Assembly (NCBI GenBank): GCA_043228905.1
Contig: JBHGNT010000910.1
Coordinates: 1 to 13,984 of the forward strand
Direction of reading: 5' to 3'
DNA: 13,984 nt
Origin: Azolla caroliniana
Taxonomy: Eukaryota > Plantae > Polypodiophyta
This document shows, one piece after another, positions 1 through 8,700 of the stretch; positions within the stretch are counted from its first letter, which is position 1; every line of letters begins with the position of its first letter. The notes beneath the pieces were generated by a model. The model was not told where the DNA came from. It made no database searches and worked only from the letters and a program-made list of their open reading frames with translations. A program made the position numbers and the translations under genes.

Positions 1-111
1 AAGCCATTTATGGCGAAGCACTTAATGGTAGTACTTAACAAACGAAAGCTCTCTCGCCAATCTCTTGGCTATAGACAATGAGAGAGATACAATAAAAAAG
101 AAAATAAAAAG

Positions 112-154
112 ATGTGAGTAAAACCTCCGCTAATCGGTAGGAAAAACCTCACAT
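112..154 (-). other. ENE-like hairpin in the 3' UTR of the Tat-type element
   Basis: Sense RNA AUGUGAG-GUUUUU-CCU(A)CCG-AUUAG-CGGAGG-UUUUA-CUCACAU: 7-bp lower stem, U-rich internal loop, 6-bp upper stem. Confidence 0.6.
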
Positions 155-237
155 TCTCTACAAATAAAAATGATAATCACTATTACCATCATGCTCTTTG
201 TCAATAGAGAGAAAAGATGGGTCTACAATATGGACTA

Positions 238-3200
238 CTAAGAAAATAATGTATGGGGAAACAAGTCCACTTCTTGCTCCCATCCATCGGTATCAACAAT
301 ATCATGAGTAACTTGGGGAATATAAGTAGGTCCCTGAGTTACATACTTTTTAAGGCACCATCCGTTGACTCGATAAGAATGAAGTGTTCCATCCACATCT
401 TTCAATTGGTAACTTTCGTTGGCATACTTTTTGTGAACCACAAAGGGTCCTTCCCACTTATTATCAAGCTTTTGTCCTTGAATATAATCATATCTATTAT
501 CATACCTAAGAACTAATGATCCTTCTTCAATGTGGTTACCCTTTTGTTTTTTGTCATATGCCTCCTTTCTCTTCATTGCTTGATTTAAGTAGTGCTCCAT
601 GGCTTCTTCTCTTGAATATTGTAGTAGATGGTTGCTAGCTAAACGACTCATCACATCATTTCCTTTTGAGCGATGTGATGCCTCCATTAATCTGTTACTT
701 TTGATCTCAAGTTCGATAGGAAGTAATGCTTCTTTCCCATAAACCAAATAAAAAGGAGTAAAACCTGTGGAGGATTTATAAGAAACTCGATAAGCCCATA
801 GAGTATCATCCAAATACCTATCCCAAGTTCTTGCTTTGTCTTGCACTAACTTTGTCAAATTCTTCACTATAAGCCCATTCACTTTCTCAACTGCACTATT
901 TTCTTGAGGGTAATAAGGCGTTGAATATCGGTGCTTAATCTTCAACTTGCTTAATAGACACGCTAACATTTCACTCCTGAAACCTGGTCCATGATCGGAT
1001 ACAATCTCCATGGGAACTCCAAATCTAGTACAAATATTCTTATACACAAATTGGGCTACATCTTTGGCTTTAATCGAGGAAGTTGCTATAGCTTCAACCC
1101 ACTTTGTCATGTAGTCAATGGCCACCAAAATAAATTCTTTACCATGTTGAGTTCTGGGAAGAGGTCCTACTGCATCAATTCCCCATTTCTCGAATGGAGC
1201 AAACACCACAATGGGTTGTAGAGGACCACTTTGTAGATGCCTTATTCCTGCTTTTTGACATGCATCACAAGATCTACACCAATCATGCACATCCCTATGT
1301 ATAGTAGGCCATGTAAAACCAATTAATAAAATCTTTCTTATCATTATATCATGGGCTAAATGCCCACCACAAACTTCTTCATGCAACTTAAAGAGTATCT
1401 CTATAATCTCGCTTTTGTTAGGAACTCTTCGTAAAACTCCATCTTTCCCTTTGTTGTACAAATCTTCACCCACCAAATGATATTGTGAAGCCTTTGCCAC
1501 CAAACGCTTTCTTTGCAAAGCGTTGAGGTTATTTGGAAACTCTCTTTTATTAAGAAAATCATGTACATCCTCTAGGGAGTCTACATCTTTGCATGTCTCC
1601 AAAACACCAACGAAACCTTCCTTGATCTTCTCTAATTGGGCTTGAGCTAATGCATCCGCTTCTTTATTGTATAATCTCCCCACATGCTTAACCTGTATCT
1701 TTTCAAAAGACCTTAGTAGACTCATTGCTTCTTTATAAAAATTTCTAAGCCCATCACTTTGACATTTCCAATTGCCTTGAATTTGTTTAATTACCAATAA
1801 GGAATCCCCCTTAATAATTAGTCTTTTTATCTTCATAGCTTTACATAGACGAAGACCATAACACAAGGTAGCATACTCCGCTTCATTATTTGAATTCACA
1901 CCGCTTAATGTAATACCTTCACTTTTTATGCTTTCTCCTTGAGGATCCTTGATAATAATTCCACCCACGGCTACATTTGTGGCTTTGCGAAATGCCCCAT
2001 CAAAGAATAAGGTGAATGCATCCTCCATATCCAGTTCGGGAAGTGCATTTCGTAGCTTTACCAAGTCTTCTTCATGAAAATTTTCTCTAAAAGTGAGAAG
2101 ATCCGCCAATTCGGCACGCATAGTTGATTCCAATTTGACTTCAAAATCAAACTCCGCCAATAGTAGAGCCCATTTAGCAATTCTTGCTGAAATGCTCACA
2201 TGTTGGAGTATATATGGGAGTAATGACATGCTAGTGATTATTACAAAATGATGAGGTAGTAGAAAGCTTCTAAACTTATTACAAGAATGTATAAGAGCTA
2301 ACATCCACTTTTCTACTTCCAAGAATTCTTTCTCTACATCAGACATGGCTTTACTAAAAAAATATATAGGATGCATAAGCCTATTTTCAAAATCTTGTTG
2401 CATAAGAATGGCTCCTATAGCATGAGATCCAACACTAAGAGAAAGAAAGAAGGTAGATGTTCTATCAGGTGGCTTTAGAATAGGAGCATTACATAATAGT
2501 TCTTTTACTCTTACATATTGCTCTTCAGTTGTAGATGTCCACAAGAAGTTGTTGGTGCGGAGAATAATGCGAAAAGGATAGAGAATTTGAGCCAACATAT
2601 GAATGAACCGTTCAAAGTAACGAACTTTTTGAACAAAGACCTCCAAATCTTTGATACTCGTGGGTGTTGTCATCTTTTGAATTGCTTCAATCTTTGAGCT
2701 ATCAACTTTGATTCTTTCTTGAGACACCACATGACCAATATCACCACCTCCTTTTCACCTATGTGACACTTCTCTGGGTTGAGTTGCATTTTGCATTCCT
2801 CCAATCTCTTGAATGCCAAGCAGACCTTTTCCAAATGGTCTTTCCTGCTACTATAAATTGCAAAGTCATCCATAAAGACTCTAACAAACTTTCCAAAGAA
2901 TGGTTGGAATACATGAATAGCAAGACGATTAAACGTAAAAACAACATTTGTGAGTCCAAAGGGCATGCATCGATATGCAAAGCATTGCCATGGAGTGATG
3001 AATGTCGTCTTCTTTTGATCCTCTTCCGCAATACGAATTTGAAAATAACCTAAATAGCCATCACAAACAGAGTACATTTCATGACCTGCAATTTCATCTA
3101 ATATTTCATCTTGGAAAGGGAGAGGAAAGTGATCCCTCTTGGTAGCCGCATTTAGAGGTTTGTAATCAACACAAACACTCCATTTTCCATTCTATTTAGG

Positions 3201-5139
3201 CACCACCACAATGGGTGAAACCCATTTAGAATCTTCCACTGGGTAAATGAATTGTGCACGCAACAAAGCTTTCACTTCCTTTAATAAAGCCTCCTTTTGC
3301 ACGTGACCTAGCCTTCACAACTTTTGTGCAACTGGAGTTGTACCCTCCTTTAGATTTATGCGATGTTGGATGACATCTACACCCCTAATATGAGCATAAT
3401 CACTAATAAAAAGGTTAGGAAATTCTGAAATCAAATTAATAAATTGTTGCCTCTCTTGCCCTTTAAGATCTTTAGAAATCGTCTTCTCTTTCTGCTCCAT
3501 AGTAATTAAACCTCCTTCATTATCTTCTTCCTTCAAAATGGCATATGATGTTGTCATTTCCCATTCTGATGAGGAATCTTCACTTTCATCACTTTCATAT
3601 GCGGACCCGCTATCATATTCAGTTATTCCATCTTCTTCTTTCTCAATAAGTCGTTGTTGCCGCATATCATAATGTAAGCTCACTCCTTTTGATGGCGTTA
3701 TGGTCATCAAACCTTTGCTCCAATCTTGGACAACATTGAGTTCTTGCATCCATGGTCTTCCTTGTACCAAAGAATATGACGGTCCTTTTAGTGGTATTAC
3801 ATGAAAATCCATCGAAATGCTTACCCCAAAACACTTGATGACCACATCCTCCACTATGCCAATGCAGTGGACCACTCCACCATCGGCTACGGCCACCCTT
3901 GCTGAAGATGACCTACTAATAGGAATTCCCACTTTGTTTACCACAAATTCAGAAATCAAGCTTACTCTAGCACCACTATCAACCAAGGCATCTTTGATGT
4001 GAAACCCTTTGATGGAGATGGGGATGGTTGGTCGTATGTCCTTTCGATCTTCTACTCGCACGATCCCCACATAATGCACGGTCTTCCGACTTTGGCGAAT
4101 ACTTGCAAGCCGCCCCCACTCCTTTCGTAATGTGGGAGATAATTGGAGAAGTTGTGGCCATGTTATCCTTGGTCCACTTGATATCAACTCATGCTTCAAA
4201 CTGAAAGCCTCTACACCTTCACCCATAGGAATGTCCTCCATCTTGATCTTCCTTCTAGAATGTCTCCTTCTCAATTTCTCCTCTTTCTCATTCTCCTTAG
4301 ACTTCTTCTTTTGTCTTGAGGCACTAGATTCTCCTTCAACTTCTTTCTCCTTTTGCGAGGACCTTGTCCTTTTCACAGGAGCTACTTCACAAGAATGATC
4401 ACTATCATCAATAAAATTAAGAAGATTCACATTATGAGGAATTATAGGAACCTGAGCCATAGGAAGTGTTACGCCTCCTTCGACTTCATTGTTGTTAGGT
4501 CATTGTCCATTCCTTTGCACTTGATACATGCCTCTTCCCATGCCTCTTTGTTGTCGATGAGGACATCTTGTTGAGATGTGTCCCTCCTCTTGACAAGAAT
4601 AACAAATTACACCTTGATGCCCTCTAGAGCCACCACCATCAGGAATAATGTTGTGAATTGCTTGGGATTGTCGCAAGTGGGCCATCACTTCATCAAAGCG
4701 TCGATTCACCAATGCCATTGTATCTTGTTCACTCTTCACTTGTTCCACTTCTTGAGATATACTTGTTGGGTTTATTGTTGTGGTGGTATACACATTTGGA
4801 AACACTTGTCCACCATGCACAATTGAAGATGAGGCTTGAAAGTTGGCACGAGGCATCAAATTTGCACCCAAAGCTGTCATTTGGGGGTCCCCCATGGAAC
4901 TCATCATCTTCACTTGTCGATCATAAGCTTGACAAACTTGAATGAGAGCTTGAAAAGATGTAGGATCCTTCAAGTTTGCCTCCAAACAGAAATACATATC
5001 AAGACCCATCTTGAATCATTCCATCTTAAACCACTCGTCTTCAGTGCCACCACGAAGACTAATCCATGTTGTCCACAAATCCTTGAAATTTCTTTCATAC
5101 TCCACGAAACCAAGTGGTGATTCCATCTTTAGTCGAAAT
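238..5139 (-). pseudogene. gag-pol: Remainder of the gypsy gag-pol (gag C-terminus, zinc knuckle, protease, RT, degenerate RNase H, archaeal-type RNase H, integrase), with 4 stops and 1 frameshift
   Basis: Motifs: CYSCQEEGHISTRC (about 4563-4604); ALVDSGA (about 3970-3990); RT WVSPIVVVPK, CVDYKPLN, MPFGLTN, FMDDF; aRH FDGA/NNEAEY/GDS/NKEADALA; integrase HEEVCGGH..CRSCDAC, WGID, VSDHG, AVEKVN, GPF. In-frame stops at 5016, 4500, 3315 and 3192; a 1-bp frameshift near 2737. Confidence 0.93.
5135..5139. repeat. Target-site duplication GAAAT (left copy; right copy at 10489-10493)
   Basis: An identical 5-mer flanks both outer LTR termini. Removing the element restores the gypsy gag frame. Confidence 0.97.
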
Positions 5140-5250
5140 TGTTGAACACCGCGCTCGGCCACCACCGAGGAATAGGATCAACTCACAGAAAACAGGAAAT
5201 ACAAAAAAATGCACGAAGACAATAGAGAGAAGAGTACACAGGATGTTTTA

Positions 5251-5281
5251 CGTGGAAAACCCTAAATGGGAAAAAACCACG
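5251..5281 (-). other. ENE-like RNA stability element in the copia LTR (copy at 10004-10034)
   Basis: Sense RNA CGUGG-UUUUUU-CCC-AUUUA-GGG-UUUU-CCACG: a U-rich internal loop between two short helices, near the predicted 3' end of the transcript. Confidence 0.75.
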
Positions 5282-5406
5282 GGAGTCCTCAAACTCCAAC
5301 TATCACTATAAACAGAGGTGTACAATGGTGAAGCTACAAGGCAACAACCTTGAGCTCACTGTCTTCGCCACAGGCGGCGGTAATACACAGAGGCAACGGC
5401 CTCTTC

Positions 5407-5407
<1 letters not shown>

Positions 5408-5455
<48 letters not shown>
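5408..5455. repeat. (TC)24 / (GA)n microsatellite in the copia 3' LTR
   Basis: Perfect dinucleotide run. The counterpart at 10161-10194 is 34 bp with two C>G interruptions (10176, 10184). Confidence 0.97.
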
Positions 5456-5457
<2 letters not shown>

Positions 5458-5640
5458 CTGCTCACTTAGCTCCCTCTTAGTGGAAAACGAAAAATGAGCA
5501 ACAACATAAAACTGTTTGCCCTAAGTCATATTTATACACATATGACTTTCGGGCTATTTACAAATATAGCCTCAAGGGCCCTTGGCAAACATATTCACAA
5601 ATATGTCCCCGCATCCGGATCTCTCTCCGGGTACATTCGT

Positions 5641-5724
5641 CATCCGGCTCCGTAGCCGGGGTCTTCATCATCCGGCTCCGTAGCCGGGGTCTTCATCATC
5701 CGGCTCCGTAGCCGGGGTCTTCAT
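5641..5724. repeat. 3 x 28-bp perfect tandem repeat in the copia U3 (CATCCGGCTCCGTAGCCGGGGTCTTCAT)
   Basis: Units at 5641, 5669 and 5697. The other LTR has only two units (10380-10435). Confidence 0.97.
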
Positions 5725-5779
5725 TCCCGATTCCCGGACATCCGACCATCCCATCCGGAGGGACCGTAATCCCAACAAA

Positions 5780-5789
5780 CTCCCCCTTC
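5780..5789 (-). promoter_or_regulatory. Polypurine tract of the copia element (GAAGGGGGAG)
   Basis: Purine run 2 nt upstream of the 3' LTR, overlapping the pol stop codon TGA (5788-5790). Confidence 0.92.
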
Positions 5790-8700
5790 ACTTCGGCATG
5801 AGATGTCTTTCCAGTCCGACCCTCTTCCGGCATGCTTCCAGCTTGTCGGGTGTGAGCACCTTGGTCAGCATATCCGACCCGTTCTCGTCTGTGTGGATCT
5901 TCGTCAGCACGAACTCTTGGTCTTCTATCCTTTCCCGGATCCAGTGATATCTTCGCTGGATGTGCTTCGTCCGGGAGTGATAGGCCGCGTTCTTCGCAAG
6001 GTGGATGGCACTCTGACTGTCGCAGTAGAGTCGGTACTCCTCCTGCCGGATACCGAGCTCTCTAATGAAGTCCTTCATCCATATTATTTCCTTGCCGGCT
6101 TCAACAGCCGCCATGTACTCCGCCTCCGTGGTTGACAACGCAACCGTCTTCTGCAGCCTCGACTGCCACGAAACAGCTCCCCCTGCATACGTCATCACAT
6201 ACCCTGATGTGGACCGGCTGGTATCTGCATCAGCCGACATATCCGAATCGGTAAAGCCGTCGAATTCGGGCTTACCGGAGCCGAATCGGAGGCACACGTT
6301 TGCCGTGCCCTTCAGGTATCGGAGTATCCACTTGACCGCGTTCCAGTGCTCTTTGCCGGGATTGCTCATGTACCGGCTCACCACTCCGACTGCATATCCT
6401 ATGTCCGGTCTTGTACACACCATTGCGTACATCAAGCTTCCGACGGCAGAGGCATATGGTACTTTCATCATGTCCTCCTTCTCAGCCTTTGTCTTGGGGC
6501 TTTGCTTGCTAGACAACTTGCAGTTTGCTGGGAGGGTTGACCCGACCGGTCTTGCTTCCGACATGTTGAACCGGTGAAGCACCTTTGTCACGTACTTCTC
6601 CTGTGACAGCCACAACAGCTTCTTCTTCCGGTCCCGGATGATGTGCATCCCTAGTATTTGCCTCGCCGGAGCCAGGTCCTTCATTGAGAAGGTTCGGTGA
6701 AGCGCTTTCTTCAGCATCCGTATCTTGCCCTGGTCCCGTCCAACGATCAACATGTCGTCCACGTACAGGAGGAGTATTAAAAAGTCTCCTCCTTCGAACT
6801 TCTTCACAAACACGCAGTGATCGGACTGCGTTTTGTGGTACCCTTCGTCGGTCATGAAGGAGTCGAACTTCCGGTACCATTGCCGGGGAGCCTGCTTCAG
6901 TCCGTAAAGGCTCTTCTTCAACCGGCATACCAGGTGCTCCTTCCCTTTCTTCTCGAATCCTTCTGGTTGCTGCATGTAGATCTCTTCTTCGAGGTCACCG
7001 TGAAGGAATGCCGTCTTCACGTCCATCTGTTCTACCTCGAGGTCCATGCTTGCCGCTATGCTCAGCATCGTCCGGATGGAGGTCATCTTCACTACCGGGG
7101 CAAATATCTCGTCGAAGTCGACGCCCTTCTTCTGCTGGAACCCCTTCACTACGATCCTGGCTTTGTATCTCGGGGGGTTTCCGGCATCTCCCGGTTTCAG
7201 CTTGAACACCCACTTGTTTCGAAGTGCCCGCTTACCTTTCGGCAACTCCACAAGTTCATATGTGTGGTTCTCATGCAGGGAATCCATCTCCTCCTGCATG
7301 GCACTTAACCACCTGCGGCTATGGTTGTCAAGCTTTGCTTCTTCAAAACTCTCCGGCTCCCCCTCGTCGGTTAGCAGCACGTGCTCTGGTTCCGGGAATC
7401 TCCGGGGGGCCCTTCTCTCTCTTAGAGGATATCTCTGTTCCGGAGCTTCGGTAACCGGCTCCTCCGTTTCCTCTTCATCCGAATCCATTTCGGGATTGGG
7501 GCCGGTTCCGGTATCAGTTTCATCTTCCTCGGCTGGTTCTGTTTCTTCACCGTCTTCGGCCGGATCCTCGAGTGCTAACCGGTCCCTTGCCGGTCGGGAC
7601 TGCTCCTCGTAGAGTTGATCCTCACCGGTCGACTTGGAGCTCTTCATCTTCTTCTCCGACTCCCAGTCGGCGAGTGTCTTGTCCTCCATGAAGATGATAT
7701 CTCGACTCCTGAATATCTTCTTGTCGACCGGGTCCCATACTCGGTAGCCGAACTCGTCGTCGCCGTAACCGAGGAATATGCATGGCCGGGTCGTTGGATC
7801 TAACTTTCCTCTCCGGTCCTTTGCCACATGCACGTATGAGAGACACCCGAACACCTTCAGATGCCGGTAGGACACTTCCTTACCGGTCCACACTCTCTGC
7901 GGCGTGTCTCCGTCCAAAGGTACTGAGGGTGATCTGTTTATCATGTATGTCGCCGTCGACATTGCCTCAGCCCAAAACCCCTTGGGTAATTTCGCATGCG
8001 CCAGCATACTCCGGACCCTCTCCATTATGGTCCGGTTCATCCTCTCGGCCAGCCCGTTCAGTTCCGGCGTCTTCGGCACAGTAAACTCGAGCCGGATTCC
8101 CTTCGAGCGACAGTACTCCTGGAACTGCCCCCGGTATTCCCCTCCGTTATCCGCTCGTATCGCTTTCAGCTTCTTGCCGGATTCCCTTTCCACTCTCGCG
8201 TGGAGTTCTTTGAAGACGCACAACACTTGGTCCTTTGTCTTCAACGGTGCCGTCCACAGCTTCCGGCTGTGGTCATCAATGAATGTCACGAAGTACTGGG
8301 CTCCGCCATGTGACTTCGCTTCTACTTGACACACGTCAGTGTGCACCAACTCCAATGGTGCGCTACGTCTCGTCGGTGGCCTTGAGTGGAAGGAGGTCCG
8401 GTTTTGCCTACCGGCCAGACAGTCGGTACACTTCCCCAAGTGTACATGCTTTACTGGTATCAGGTTGTCTTCGGCAAGCCTCTTCATCCCCTTCTCGCTC
8501 ATGTGGCACAGTCTCTTGTGCCACAGCTCACCGGCAGTGTCGGCTGCCACGTTCAGCTCCTCCGGACATAGCCGGGAATTCATCAGGTACAGTGTGTTGA
8601 CCTTCCGGGCCCGAGCCACTATCAGGCTCCCTTTGCTGAACTTCATGACACCGTTCCGGATGCTACCCGTGTAGCCTTCATCGTCTAGCCTCCCGGCCGA

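Larger units (their letters stand above)
5140..5777 (-). repeat. 3' LTR of the copia element (638 bp)
   Basis: Direct repeat of 9893-10488, adjacent to the PPT. It is 42 bp longer: one extra 28-bp unit plus 14 bp more microsatellite. Confidence 0.98.

Noticed and set aside
2730-2745. Programmed ribosomal frameshift in the gypsy pol
   Set aside because: It lies within the conserved RT motif (LGHVV) with no slippery heptamer, so a 1-bp deletion is the better explanation.
5114-5311. 65-aa ORF spanning the insertion junction
   Set aside because: It is a chance ORF across the gypsy gag antisense strand and the copia LTR.
5641-5724. 28-bp palindromic direct repeats resembling a CRISPR array
   Set aside because: The units are head-to-tail with no spacers, lie inside an LTR in eukaryotic transposon DNA, and have no cas genes nearby.
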